A stretch of DNA of 64,000 nucleotides, taken from the NCBI GenBank assembly GCA_965214405.1, contig OZ243956.1:1029845-1093844 (forward strand), read 5' to 3'. Of the stretch, positions 45,940 to 56,215 are shown one piece after another. The translations under genes were made by a program, and so were the position numbers. The stretch is from Trueperaceae bacterium. Lineage in GTDB: Bacteria; Deinococcota; Deinococci; Deinococcales; Trueperaceae. How positions within the stretch are numbered: the stretch's first letter is position 1; the number at the start of each line of letters is the position of its first letter. Under the pieces are notes generated by a model, which was not told the DNA's origin, did no database searches, and worked only from the letters and a program-made list of their open reading frames with translations.

Positions 45940-47016
45940 CTACTCCAAAGACGCGAGGAACTCGAGGCCTATACCTGTCACATCGGCGTCGGCGACGTTG
46001 GTGAGCAAGACGATACCGATATCCTTTTCAACGTTGAAACCTAAAAAGCTGCTAAAGCCACCCGTCCCGCCGTTGTGCCAAAGGATGTCCCCGGCCTCGC
46101 TCTGCCAGCGAATCCAGCCCAAACCATGAAAGGCGTCCTGGTAAGTTTTGATATTGGTTGCCTGCTGCGCCCGACAATTCGCCAGAGCCAAGGGTGTGGT
46201 TTCGTCACACGCCGTCATCGAGGCATTTAGAAACTTCATTGCGTCGTCCAGGCTGCCCCTCACAGCACCCGCACCTGCCAACGCGTCAGAATCCCACGCG
46301 CTCGTCTCGGTGCCGTCTGCGGTGAGAGGTGTGGCCCTGTCGTCAGAACTCCAGCCCACCGTCGTGGCCCCGCGCATGTCGAGAGGCGCGAAGATGCGAG
46401 TCTCAATCAACTCGCCGTACGTTGAGCCCGTGATGTCGGCCAGCAACGTTCCGAGGAGGCCGAAACCGAAGTTGGAGTATTCGTTGAATTCGCCCACAGG
46501 TTCTAATTCGACCATTTCTACGGCTTCATGAAGCAGTCCTCTATCGAAATTTGCGTAAGGATTCTCGCTGGAGAAAAAGCCGGAGAGAAGGCCGTAAAAA
46601 AGACCCATGTTGGGAGGCGAAATGGGCAAACCCGCCGAGTGCGTCGCCAACTTCTCAAACGTCACGGTCTCCCACTTGGGGTCCTGAACATCCTGTGGCA
46701 AGTAAGGATTGATGCTCTCGTCCACCCTCAAAACGCCCTCATCGGCGAGCTGAGCCAGCACGATGGCCGTAAACACTTTGGTGATGGAGCCGAACTCGAA
46801 AAGGGTCCCCTCGGAGAATGTTGGGTTGCCAACGAAGCTCACGCTTTCGTTGCCGTTTTCGATGATGCCCACCGCAATCCCGGCTTCGGCGCTGGGTAGC
46901 GCCTCGGCAAGGTGTGAGGTTAGGGAGGTCATCGCTGCGTCTTGTGAATGGGCCAAGGTGCCAAGTAAGCAGAAATGTAGCAGGAGAATCTGTCGGAGTC
47001 TTTTCATAGCATTCAT
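45940..47016 (-). CDS. secreted serine hydrolase, beta-lactamase (class C)/PBP4*-like family
   Basis: Signal peptide. FEFGSITKVFTA (SxxK), EYSNFGFGLLG (YxN) and WHNGGTGGF (HxG) motifs. Confidence 0.85.
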   Translation of the reverse strand: MNAMKRLRQILLLHFCLLGTLAHSQDAAMTSLTSHLAEALPSAEAGIAVGIIENGNESVSFVGNPTFSEGTLFEFGSITKVFTAIVLAQLADEGVLRVDESINPYLPQDVQDPKWETVTFEKLATHSAGLPISPPNMGLFYGLLSGFFSSENPYANFDRGLLHEAVEMVELEPVGEFNEYSNFGFGLLGTLLADITGSTYGELIETRIFAPLDMRGATTVGWSSDDRATPLTADGTETSAWDSDALAGAGAVRGSLDDAMKFLNASMTACDETTPLALANCRAQQATNIKTYQDAFHGLGWIRWQSEAGDILWHNGGTGGFSSFLGFNVEKDIGIVLLTNVADADVTGIGLEFLASLE

Positions 47017-47206
47017 AGCATAAATGGTAGCTGTTCTTTAGAGAATGTGGGTGAGAAGGGGTGGCGGGACTCGCAAATGCGGTTTGCTGATTTACGGGTT
47101 AGAGGACTCGCCAGGTGTGTGGCTCGAGCGTAGCGGCACTATCTGACGAAATTTTTGACGATTGGCTTAGTCCCTTGCAGCACTCGTTTAAGCAGCGCAG
47201 AGGCGG

Positions 47207-47599
47207 TCAGGCATCTCTCAAACTCTGCGTCAGCATCTCGTGCTCTTCATTCAAATATCCGCCCAGCCTCTGATGAACCTTCTCCAACAGCCGCAACGCC
47301 TTTTGATTTAGCAACGCCGCCTTCTCTTCCGAACGCTCCTGTTTGCTAAGTTGATGCAGCAGCCTTGCACTCGCGTAGACCTTGTTGATATCCAATCCCG
47401 CCACCGAAAAGAGGCTGACAAGCTGTGAGCTGCTCAGGGTTACGAGGGTATCCAGAGTAAGACCTGTAAAAGAGAGGCTGAGTTCTTCCAAGTCGCTGTA
47501 GGTTACGTCTTGTCCCTTGGCGCGGGCACCAAAAAGGAGTGCTGCGAGCATTTCGGAGAATTGCTTTATGGTTCGCGTGATGTAGTCGGTTTGGTACAT
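47207..47599 (-). CDS. hypothetical protein (130 aa, predicted helical)
   Basis: ORF with GGAG upstream, in a low-GC segment. I recognise no family. Confidence 0.45.
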   Translation of the reverse strand: MYQTDYITRTIKQFSEMLAALLFGARAKGQDVTYSDLEELSLSFTGLTLDTLVTLSSSQLVSLFSVAGLDINKVYASARLLHQLSKQERSEEKAALLNQKALRLLEKVHQRLGGYLNEEHEMLTQSLRDA

Positions 47600-47663
47600 G
47601 CTTAATTTGGCTCCAATCCAAACAAGCCCAAATCTCTTGCCGCGCTTGGTTAGACGGTATGTT

Positions 47664-48248
47664 TCAAACTGTTAGTGAAACTTGGAGCCTTTTGAAAGCG
47701 GTAGGCTCAGAAGTGTCTTCAAAGGCTTCCTTTATTTTAAGAGCACACTCTTTCGTACTGGTCGAGGTTGTATCCACCTCGACGTCATAAGCACTGTAGG
47801 TATGAACGATTTCAAGCTGATGTTTCGCCAAACCCTGTCTCCGGTCACGCTGCTTTTCACGGCGCTCGAGCTCTTCTAGTGAGCAGTAAACGCCAACGAA
47901 GAAGACGGGAAATCCAGCTAATCGGTTGACACAAGCACGCAAGTCACTCCGCTGCTCAAATACATAGTCAACGATGAGGTTGTTCCCTTCTGAGGAAAGA
48001 GCAGCAACAGACGCGTGAGTTCCGGCTAAAAGGCGAGGAAAGTAAGTCCGCAGCTTTTCCAGTTCACCCTCAGAAGGTTCGACTGTACCAGAGAGGTAAT
48101 CAATAAAACGTGTCGGCAGCGTTCGAAAAAAGTTGTCGATTGAGATGTGTAGAAACGGCACCTCAAAGAGATTCTGTAGAGCATATGCAATACTCGTCTT
48201 ACCCGAGCTAGATACCCCATTTAGTAAAATGATACTTCCGTAGTTCAT
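47664..48248 (-). CDS. chloramphenicol-phosphotransferase-like (CPT family) P-loop kinase
   Basis: IILLNGVSSSGKTSIAYALQ (Walker A) ... NLIVDYVF ... YDVEVDTTSTSTKECALKI parallels the Streptomyces CPT layout (GGSSAGKS ... YDVEVDTT) as I remember it. AGGAG RBS. Confidence 0.75.
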   Translation of the reverse strand: MNYGSIILLNGVSSSGKTSIAYALQNLFEVPFLHISIDNFFRTLPTRFIDYLSGTVEPSEGELEKLRTYFPRLLAGTHASVAALSSEGNNLIVDYVFEQRSDLRACVNRLAGFPVFFVGVYCSLEELERREKQRDRRQGLAKHQLEIVHTYSAYDVEVDTTSTSTKECALKIKEAFEDTSEPTAFKRLQVSLTV

Positions 48249-48347
48249 ATAGCTCCTAGAAAGAGATGGGCAGTTCCGTCCAACTACTGATTAGTAAACG
48301 TTCGCTCAATAAACCTCTGAGAAACGCTTCGTAGCACTACATATAGC

Positions 48348-49613
48348 TCAGCCCCTCGTCTGCCCCTCCCCCTCAATCAAATACTTGTGCGTCACCATCT
48401 CCGCCAAGCCCATCGGCCCTCGAGCGTGAAGTTTCTGCGTGCTGATGCCGATTTCCGCGCCGAAACCGAACACGAAGCCGTCGGTAAAGCGGGTGCTGGC
48501 GTTTACATAAACGGCGGCGGCGTCTACGTCTTCTTGAAAGCGGCGGGCGTTCTCCATCGACGCGGTGACGATGGCTTCAGAGTGCTGCGTGCCGTAGCGG
48601 TTGATGTGGCGGATGGCCTCGTCTACGTTTTCGACAACCTTCACTGCGAGCGTGTAGTCGAGGTATTCGGTTTCCCAGTCCCTTTCGGTGGCCGGGCGCG
48701 CATCCGGGTAGAGGTGCCGCGTCGCCTCGTCGGCGTAGAGGGTGACGCCCGCGCTCGAGAGCGCCCCCAACGCCCCCGGCAAAAACCGCGCCGCCACCGC
48801 CTCATGGACGAGCAGCGTCTCGGCGGCGTTGCACACGCCGGGGCGCTGCACCTTGGCGTTGAGGATGATGGCCTCCGCGTGCTCGAGATTGGCCGAGGCG
48901 TCCACAAACACGTGACAGTTGCCCACGCCCGTTTCAATCACCGGGACCTTGGCGTTTTCGACGACGTGGTTGATTAACGACGCGCCGCCCCTGGGGATGA
49001 CCAGGTCGACCTCTCCCCTGGCCTCCAAAAGTTCGGTCACGAGCGCGCGGTCGGGCGAGTCGATGAGCTGCACCGCGTCCTCGGGCAAGCCCGCTGTATG
49101 GAGCGCCGTCCGCATCACCCGCACCAAGACGCGGTTGCTGTGAAGCGCGTTGGCGGAGCCCCGCAAGAGGGCGGCGGAGCCCGCCTTGAGCGTCAGGGCC
49201 GCCGCGTCGACGGTCACGTTGGGGCGCGACTCGTAAATCATGCCGATGACGCCGAAGGGGACGGTGACTTTTTGGACGCGCAGGCCGTTCTCGAGCCTTT
49301 TGCCGTCAAGCACCCGGTAGAGGGGGTCGGGCAGCGCCGCCACCAGCCGCACCGCCTCGGCGATGTTAGCGACGCGCGTTTCGCTTAAAGTAAGGCGGTC
49401 GACCAGCGCGTCCGGCGTGCCTTTACGTTTTTCAGCCGACACGTCTTTGACGTTGGCGGCGAGGATGTCGCTCGTGTGGCTTATGAGCGCGTCGGCGACC
49501 GCCGAAAGAGCCGCGTTGCGGTTTGCTCGAGCCAGACCGCGGCTCGCCTCACGCGCGCGGCGCAAAAGCTGGGTGAGATTGATTTTTTCGGAGGATGCTG
49601 TAGCTGGAGTCAT
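48348..49613 (-). CDS. proA: gamma-glutamyl phosphate reductase
   Basis: ...VIPRGGASLI ... CNAAETLLVH ... YGTQHSEAIVT ... STQKLHARGPMG. Start placed at ATG 49613 (MTPATASSEKINLTQLLRRAREAS), which drops the 74-aa N-terminal extension in the track. Confidence 0.9.
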   Translation of the reverse strand: MTPATASSEKINLTQLLRRAREASRGLARANRNAALSAVADALISHTSDILAANVKDVSAEKRKGTPDALVDRLTLSETRVANIAEAVRLVAALPDPLYRVLDGKRLENGLRVQKVTVPFGVIGMIYESRPNVTVDAAALTLKAGSAALLRGSANALHSNRVLVRVMRTALHTAGLPEDAVQLIDSPDRALVTELLEARGEVDLVIPRGGASLINHVVENAKVPVIETGVGNCHVFVDASANLEHAEAIILNAKVQRPGVCNAAETLLVHEAVAARFLPGALGALSSAGVTLYADEATRHLYPDARPATERDWETEYLDYTLAVKVVENVDEAIRHINRYGTQHSEAIVTASMENARRFQEDVDAAAVYVNASTRFTDGFVFGFGAEIGISTQKLHARGPMGLAEMVTHKYLIEGEGQTRG

Positions 49614-49859
49614 GGGCAAGTATAGCCCAAGGGAAGGGAACGCAAAGATGTATGGCGGAAAAACATTCAACGGTAGCCTCCAGTATGGGCCACGGATGAA
49701 CGGGTAAACTTCGGCTAGGGCCGTGGGGGTGATGCAGCATGTTACGTTAAACGTCAACTTCAGATTTTTAGTTTGGATGTTGCGCTCCGTTAGACCACCT
49801 AGTCCGGGACGACGCGAAAAGAAACCTCCGCACACTTGTGAACAGGATAGGTGACACCA

Positions 49860-50845
49860 TGCCGTATCTCGATTTGAATCTTTTGAAGCGGGTAGATTTT
49901 CCTGGGGGCGCGCTAAGGCATCTCTTGGGCGCGCTGGTTTTGCTCCTCTTGCCGACGGTAGGGTTCGGACAAACCATTTTGCAGGTCGCGGCGGACGACC
50001 CCAGCCTCAGCACGTTTGTCGAGGCGCTCCGGCGGGCGGGGCTCGAGAGCACGCTCAACGGCGAAGGCCCTTTTACCCTCTTCGCCCCCACCGACGCGGC
50101 CTTTTCAGTTCTGCCCGAGGGAGAGCTTACGGCGCTCCTCAATAACGAAAGCGCGCTCCGCGAGGTGATGACGTACCACATCGTGCCCGCGTTTGTGCTC
50201 GCCAGGGACGCCGTTCAGGCCACCAGCGCGCCCACCCTGGCGGGCGACAGGCTCCGCTTACAGGTTAGGTCCGGCAGGCTTTACATCGACGGCGCGACGG
50301 TGATCAAGTTCGACGTCGGCGCGTCCGAAAACGTCGAGGCGTCCAACGGCGTGATTCACGTGGTGGACAGCGTTTTGGTGCCGAGAGAGGTCAACTTGGA
50401 GGCGCTGGCGGCGTCCGCCCCGGCCGCCCCACAGGAGAACGCCGCGCCCATCTACACGACGGACGCATCAAACAGCGTTCGTTATCCCCTGTCGGTGGTA
50501 GACGGCAGCGGCATCGGCGGCTCGGTGCTCGCCGCCGACTACGGCTTGGGCGGGGCGGTCGTGACCATCGCGGTGCGGGGCACGCTGCGGGACGGGGCGG
50601 GAGGCGGCGAGTACCCCGTGCGTTTTCGCGTGGGCGACTGCGAGAGTGACGCCCCGAGTGAAGACAATCGTGAGGCCGGTACAGTGACGCTTAATGGCGT
50701 GGCAAAAGCAACGGGGTTGAGCGTCACCACGGTGGACGCGCCCTACGACGCCCTGGTGGGTGAGGATTACGCCCTCGAGCTCCTCTCACCCGACGGCTCC
50801 GGTACCGTGGTCACCTGCGGCGAGGTCGGGTCGGGGGCGAACTAG
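49860..50845 (+). CDS. secreted fasciclin (FAS1) domain protein with an extra C-terminal beta-rich domain
   Basis: TLFAPTDAAFSVLPEGELTALL ... NGVIHVVDSVLVP are FAS1 H1/H2 motifs. About 130 extra C-terminal residues end in VVTCGEVGSGAN. The start is either ATG 49860 or GTG 49838. Confidence 0.8.
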
Positions 50846-50852
50846 GCGCGGG

Positions 50853-52415
50853 TCAACTCAGGGGATGCGTCCACTCGCCCGCCAGCACCGTACCCGCGAC
50901 AGTAAGCCCGTCCAAGCTCACCAGCGGGTCGTGCGAAAGAATTGTGAAATCGGCGTCGAAACCCGGACGCAGCCGCCCGGAACGGCTCTCGCGCCCGATG
51001 GCGTAGGCTGCGCCTCGAGTGTAGGCCAGGAGCGCCTTGTCGGGCGAGAGCAGTTCTTGGCTGTTGAGCACCTTTCCGTCCGCCCCCAAACGGCGGCAGG
51101 CGGCAAGCAGCCCCAAACGCACGTCCGGGTCGGCGACGGGCGTGTCGGAGCCGAAAGCGAGCGGCGCCCCCGTGGCGAGGAGGCTGCGCATGGCGTAAGC
51201 GCCTCCCACGCGGCCAGGTAAAAGCTTCTTGATGCGTTTTGCGTCGAACACCAAATGATAAGGCTGTAAAGAGGCGATAACGCCGAGCTGCCCGAAGCGG
51301 GGGATATCGTCGGGGTGAAGGTGCTGCGCGTGCTCGATGCGCGGGCGCAGGCCCTTTGCCTCCCAAAGCGGTTTGGTCGCTTCTAGCGCGTCCAGAATCG
51401 CGCGGTTGGCGGCGTCGCCGATGGCGTGCGTTACGGGCGTCAGCCCCGCGTCAATCACCACGGGCAGCCGCGCGGCCAGCACCTCGGGGCCGTGGACGGG
51501 CATTCCTAGTTCGTGGGTGCCGTCGTAGGGCTCGAGCATCCAGGCGGTCAAGCTACCCAGCGCCCCGTCCGCAAAAAACTTGGCCCCCCCGATCGTAAAA
51601 CGGTCCCCGCCTTGCCCCGTCGCCAGCCCGATGGCGGCGGCGTGTTCGGCGTTTTCTTGGTCGATACAGGCCCAGACGCGGAGCGGGTAACCCTCACGGC
51701 TCGCCGCGTGCGCCATCATCCGCCAGCCGTCGGGCGACTCGTAAGCCATATGATGCACCGTGGTGATACCCAGCCGCGCCAGGTCCTCCCCAGCGCGCCT
51801 CACCGCCTCGGCCAAGGTCGCGTCGTCGGGGGGCGGCACGACGCGGGCGATGAGGGTGGCGGTGTGCTCGAGCAGCCCCCCGTTCGGCTCGCCGTCCGCG
51901 TCTCTTAAAATCGTGCCGTTCTCCGGGTCGGGCGTGCCCGCGTGAACCTCGGCCCGCGCCAACGCGGCAGAATTGACCCAGGCGCTGTGATGGTCCTGCG
52001 AACGCAAAAAAACAGGATGACGCGACGCGACGCGGTCGAGCGGCTCTTTGGTGAGCGCCTCTACATCCCAGCGGCTCGTCGAAAAGCCCGAGCCCAGAAG
52101 CCACGCGCCCTCGGGAAGCTCGCCCGCGCGCGTTTGGATGAGCCTCAACGCCTCTTCAAGCGTCTCGGCGTGAGACAAGTTGAGGCGAGAGAGCTCTAAA
52201 CCGTGCGCGCTCAAGTGAACGTGGCTATCGTGAAACCCCGGCAGCAGGCAACGCCCCGCTAAGTCGATGCGCTCGGTGTCTCTACCTGCAAGCGCCAAAA
52301 CCTCTTCAACCTTTCCCAAGGCCAAAATGCGCCCACCGCGCACCGCCAGCGCCTCGGCGCGCGGTTTAGAATCCATCGTCAAGATGCTGCCGTTATAAAA
52401 GATCGTGTCGGGCAT
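50853..52415 (-). CDS. metal-dependent amidohydrolase (amidohydrolase-3/YtcJ-like)
   Basis: LLPGFHDSHVHL (HxH), followed by internal His and Asp ligand blocks (HAIGD, EHAQ, GSDTPV). 520 aa. Confidence 0.8.
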   Translation of the reverse strand: MPDTIFYNGSILTMDSKPRAEALAVRGGRILALGKVEEVLALAGRDTERIDLAGRCLLPGFHDSHVHLSAHGLELSRLNLSHAETLEEALRLIQTRAGELPEGAWLLGSGFSTSRWDVEALTKEPLDRVASRHPVFLRSQDHHSAWVNSAALARAEVHAGTPDPENGTILRDADGEPNGGLLEHTATLIARVVPPPDDATLAEAVRRAGEDLARLGITTVHHMAYESPDGWRMMAHAASREGYPLRVWACIDQENAEHAAAIGLATGQGGDRFTIGGAKFFADGALGSLTAWMLEPYDGTHELGMPVHGPEVLAARLPVVIDAGLTPVTHAIGDAANRAILDALEATKPLWEAKGLRPRIEHAQHLHPDDIPRFGQLGVIASLQPYHLVFDAKRIKKLLPGRVGGAYAMRSLLATGAPLAFGSDTPVADPDVRLGLLAACRRLGADGKVLNSQELLSPDKALLAYTRGAAYAIGRESRSGRLRPGFDADFTILSHDPLVSLDGLTVAGTVLAGEWTHPLS

Positions 52416-53040
52416 AGAGATAGTGTACGGCCTACAGCAGGAACACCAGCAAGAACGCCCTGGTTCGAACGAGATTTCCTTTACAAGTTACCCGCCGGGC
52501 AGCGGACTGCGTAACTGTGGCGCGGTTTAGGGGATGAACCCGGTGGGTCGTTTGGCACCTTTCTCATTCTTATCCCACTCTCAACATTGTCACGATTTTG
52601 CAGATGCGGATTTTCCGCGGCGGCGAAACGGACCTGGCTTGGGCGTTTCGTGGCTGCCACCACCCCCGCTCACCTGCCGCCGACACCAGGCGCGACAGAC
52701 ACTTTGGTATCGTGCTGGCCTGGGCGACGCTGCACGGCCTCGAGCCTGGCTGCTTGCTCTACTTCAGGTCACGCGCGACTCGGCCTCCCTCGGCCCCTGG
52801 TGGAACGCCAGAGAACTCACGCTGCTGGCGGCCCCGAGCGGCCTTCGGGGGTGGCTCGAGCCCCCAGTAAAGCGTTATCCTAGGGGAGAAGAAAGGGTAG
52901 GGGTGAGGGGTGAGTAAAATAAGCTTTTCTCTCTTTAAGCCCTGCGGGTACGTACGCCCTTCGGGGACGCCTCCCCCACTCGGAAGCAGTGCGTAAACTC
53001 ACGTGGCCCAGAAACTCAGCCCAAGAACTAAGGAGACACC

Positions 53041-54453
53041 GTGACACATCCCAAAATCACGCTTATCGGCGCGGGCTCGACCGTGTTTGCCAAAAACTTG
53101 ATCGGCGACCTTTTGAGCTATCCCGAACTTGCCAACGCGACCCTGACCCTGTACGACATCGACGCGGAGCGCCTCAAAACCTCCGAAGTCGTGGCGCGGG
53201 GGATAGCGGATGTGCTGGGCGCGACCCCCAAGCTCGAGGCCACCACCGACCGCAGCCGCGCGCTTGACGGCGCGGACTACGCCATCAGCATGTTTCAGGT
53301 GGCGGGCTACAAGCCGGGTACGGTAACCGACTTTAGCGTTCCCAAAAAGTACGGCCTGCGTCAGACCATCGGCGACACCTTAGGGATAGGCGGCATTATG
53401 CGCGCGCTGCGCACCATCCCCGTGTTTTTGGAGCTGGGCCGCGAGATGGAAAGGCTGTGCCCGGACGTGACGCACTTAAACTACGTCAACCCGATGGCGA
53501 TGAACTGCATGGCGCTGAACCGGGCCACGCGGGTGAAGACGGTGGGGCTATGTCACAGCGTTCAGGGTACCGCCGAGCAACTCGCGCACGACGTCGGCGT
53601 GCCTATGGAAGATATCAACTACCTCTGCGCCGGAATCAACCATATGGCGTTCTATCTGCGTTTTGAGAGAGACGGCGAAGACCTCTACCCGAAGATCCGT
53701 CAGGTACTCGAGGAGGGCCGCGCCCCCGACTGGAACCGGGTGCGCTACGAGGTGTTCAAACATTTCGGCTACTTTGTGACCGAGTCGAGCGAGCACTTTG
53801 CCGAGTACGTGCCCTGGTTTATCAAGCGCGACCGGGCCGACCTGCTGGACGCGTTCAACATCCCGTTGGACGAATACCTGCGCCGTTGCGAGGTGCAGAT
53901 TACCGCCTGGGGCTTTATGCGCGACAAGCTCGAGCACCCCGAGGCGGACCTGACTGAGCCGTTCCGCGAGGCGATGCAGCAAGCGGGCGTGTCCGAAGCG
54001 CACCTGCCTTTGGTGGTTCACAATTTTGAGAATTTGAACGAGGTCAAGCGCTCACACGAGTACGGCTCGACCATCGTTCACAGCCTCCAAACGGGCCAGC
54101 CGAGCGTGATTTACGGCAACGTGCCCAACGCGGGGCTGATTGACAACCTCCCCCAAACCTGCTGCGTCGAAGTGCCCTGCGTGGTGGATAAAAACGGCGT
54201 GCAACCGACCAAAGTGGGCGCGCTGCCCCCGCAACTCGCCGCCCTGATGCAGACCAACATCAACGTGCAGGCGCTCACCGTCGAGGCCGCTTTAACGGGC
54301 AAGCGCGAGCACATCTACCACGCCGCCATGCTCGACCCGCACACCGCCGCCGAGTTGGATTTAGAGCAGATTCACGACCTGGTAGACGACCTCATCCGGG
54401 CGCACGGCGACTGGTTGCCCGAAAGCTTTCGCGCCGACCTCGCCCTGGCCTAG
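53041..54453 (+). CDS. melA: alpha-galactosidase, glycoside hydrolase family 4
   Basis: KITLIGAGSTVFAKNLIGDLL ... GIGGIMRALRTIPV ... LNYVNPMAMN ... GLCHSVQGTAEQLA ... CAGINHMAFYL ... FGYFVTESSEHFAEYVPWFIK ... PSVIYGNVPNAGLIDNLPQTCCVEVPC ... ALMQTNINVQ is collinear with E. coli MelA as I remember it. AAGGAG RBS, GTG start. Confidence 0.9.
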   Translation: MTHPKITLIGAGSTVFAKNLIGDLLSYPELANATLTLYDIDAERLKTSEVVARGIADVLGATPKLEATTDRSRALDGADYAISMFQVAGYKPGTVTDFSVPKKYGLRQTIGDTLGIGGIMRALRTIPVFLELGREMERLCPDVTHLNYVNPMAMNCMALNRATRVKTVGLCHSVQGTAEQLAHDVGVPMEDINYLCAGINHMAFYLRFERDGEDLYPKIRQVLEEGRAPDWNRVRYEVFKHFGYFVTESSEHFAEYVPWFIKRDRADLLDAFNIPLDEYLRRCEVQITAWGFMRDKLEHPEADLTEPFREAMQQAGVSEAHLPLVVHNFENLNEVKRSHEYGSTIVHSLQTGQPSVIYGNVPNAGLIDNLPQTCCVEVPCVVDKNGVQPTKVGALPPQLAALMQTNINVQALTVEAALTGKREHIYHAAMLDPHTAAELDLEQIHDLVDDLIRAHGDWLPESFRADLALA

Positions 54454-54544
54454 CCACGCCGCCTCGTCCAGTCTCATGATGCGTTAAAGCGTGGGCCATT
54501 AGCAACTTTTTGTTACTTCTGGAGAGTGTTTGGAAGTAAATAAC

Positions 54545-54649
54545 CTCCCCCCTTGTTAAGGGAGGACCGAGGGGGGATCTGCTTTTGCACCTCCCTGTAA
54601 AGTTAGTCAGAGATAAATTCCCCCAACCCCTCTTAACAAAAGGGTTTTT
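54545..54649 (+). terminator. long imperfect palindrome plus T5 between convergent melA and peptidase genes (possible bidirectional terminator)
   Basis: CTCCCCCCTTGTTAAGGGAGG (about 54545-54565) pairs imperfectly with CCCCTCTTAACAAAAGGG (about 54627-54644). There is an inner GAGGGGGG / TTCCCCC pairing, then TTTTT at 54645-54649. Confidence 0.3.
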
Positions 54650-54678
54650 GTCAAAACTCGAGCCCTTCCCAACGCTCC

Positions 54679-56058
54679 CTAAACCGGCTCGAGCTGCGCC
54701 CCCAGCCTCTCGAGCAGCGTCACATACCCCCGCTGGGCGCGCTCGAACGAACTGAGCCTAAAAAATTTGTCCGGCGCGTGCGCCCGCTCGTCCTTGAGGC
54801 CAAAAGCGAAGTTGACCGTGTAAACGCCCAAGTGCTCCAGAATGAGGCTGCAAAAGGGGATGCTGCCGCCGCTCCGCACATAAAAAGGCGCTTTGCCATA
54901 GAGCGCTTTGTGAACCTCCCGCGCCGCCTCGTTGCCCGGATGGTCGGTGGGCATGAGGTAGGGCTTAGACGAACTGCCTTCGGGTGCGACCGTCGCGGTG
55001 ACGCCCGGCGGGGCGTGTGTCTCGGCGTGTTTGGTTATCAGTTTGACGATAGTCTCCGGGTCCTGGTCGGCCACCAGCCGACAGGTAATTTTGGCGTGCG
55101 CCTCGCCCGGCAAGACGGTCTTGGTGCCCTCGCCCTGAAAGCCGCCCCAGATACCGTTGATTTCTAACGTGGGCCGCGCCCAGGTGCGCTCGAGCGTCGT
55201 GTAGCCCTCCTCGCCAAAAAGCGCGTTCACGTCCAAGCGTTCTTTGTAGTCGGCCTCGTCATAGGGTACCGCCGCGATGAGGTCGCGGTCCTTTTCCGAA
55301 AGGGGCCGCACCGCGTCGTAGAAACCTTCCACCAGAATCCGCCCGTCGGGGCCGCGCATCGAGGCGAGCAAGCTCACGAGCGCGTGGATGGGGTTTTGCA
55401 CCGCGCCGCCGTAGCCCCCGGAGTGCAGGTCGTGCGCGGGACCCCGCACGTCAATTTGCAAGGCGCAGATGCCCCGGAGCCCCACAAGCAAGTTGGGCTG
55501 GTCGCTCTCCCACTGCCCCCCGTCGGCGCTCACGACCAGGTCGCAAGCGAGCAGGTCTTTGTTGCTGGCGATAAAGCTTGGCAACTGCGGACTGCCGATC
55601 TCCTCTTGACCCTCGAACAGCACCTTGAGGTTGACGGGCAGCTTCCCTTCGGTCTTAAGCAGCGCCTCCACCGCCAGAATCGGCGCAAGCATGTTGCCCT
55701 TGTCGTCCGACGCGCCCCGCGCGTAGACCCTGTCGCCTTTGGTAACGGGCGCAAAAGGCGGATGGGTCCACCCGTTCAGCGGGTCCACGGGCTGCGTGTC
55801 GAAGTGCCCGTAAACGAGCACGGTCGGTTTGCCCGGCGCGCGCAGCCACTCCCCGTAAACGACCGGATGACCGCCCGTCGGCAGAATCTGCACGTTTTCC
55901 AGCCCCGCCTCCCGCACGCTTGTAGCCACCCACTCGCCAGCGCGCGCCACGTCCTCCTTGTGCTCGGGCAGGCTCGAGACACTCGGAATGCGCAAAAAGT
56001 CTAAAAGCCTCTCCCGAAACGCCTCTTTATGTTCTTCTAAATAGTCCAGGGGTGTCAT
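54679..56058 (-). CDS. M20-family dipeptidase/metallopeptidase
   Basis: VYGHFDTQPVDP, ASDDKG and EGQEEIGS metal-ligand blocks. Start at ATG 56058 after GGAGGAGAC. The track's 87-aa N-terminal extension is rejected. Confidence 0.85.
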   Translation of the reverse strand: MTPLDYLEEHKEAFRERLLDFLRIPSVSSLPEHKEDVARAGEWVATSVREAGLENVQILPTGGHPVVYGEWLRAPGKPTVLVYGHFDTQPVDPLNGWTHPPFAPVTKGDRVYARGASDDKGNMLAPILAVEALLKTEGKLPVNLKVLFEGQEEIGSPQLPSFIASNKDLLACDLVVSADGGQWESDQPNLLVGLRGICALQIDVRGPAHDLHSGGYGGAVQNPIHALVSLLASMRGPDGRILVEGFYDAVRPLSEKDRDLIAAVPYDEADYKERLDVNALFGEEGYTTLERTWARPTLEINGIWGGFQGEGTKTVLPGEAHAKITCRLVADQDPETIVKLITKHAETHAPPGVTATVAPEGSSSKPYLMPTDHPGNEAAREVHKALYGKAPFYVRSGGSIPFCSLILEHLGVYTVNFAFGLKDERAHAPDKFFRLSSFERAQRGYVTLLERLGAQLEPV

Positions 56059-56215
56059 GACGTCTCCTCCCCTTTCAAGCATAAGCCAAGAACGAGGAAG
56101 ACCGCTCCTGATGAGCGGCGCGTGGGTGCAGGGCCAAACCGGATGAACGAAGGTCAGGCCTGCATTGCGAGTCCGTACGAGTTTGGACGCGACTTTGATT
56201 GCTATCGTTGACGCT

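Noticed and set aside
48348-49835. N-terminal extensions offered by the ORF track for proA (to 49835), the M20 peptidase (to 56319), the HIT protein (to 39334), the DUF2268-like protease (to 43634), the arginase (to 40554) and the lipoprotein (to 34711)
   Set aside because: In each case an internal ATG preceded by a Shine-Dalgarno-like sequence gives the family-typical N-terminus. The extensions are unlike the families, or they run through neighbouring genes or RBSs.
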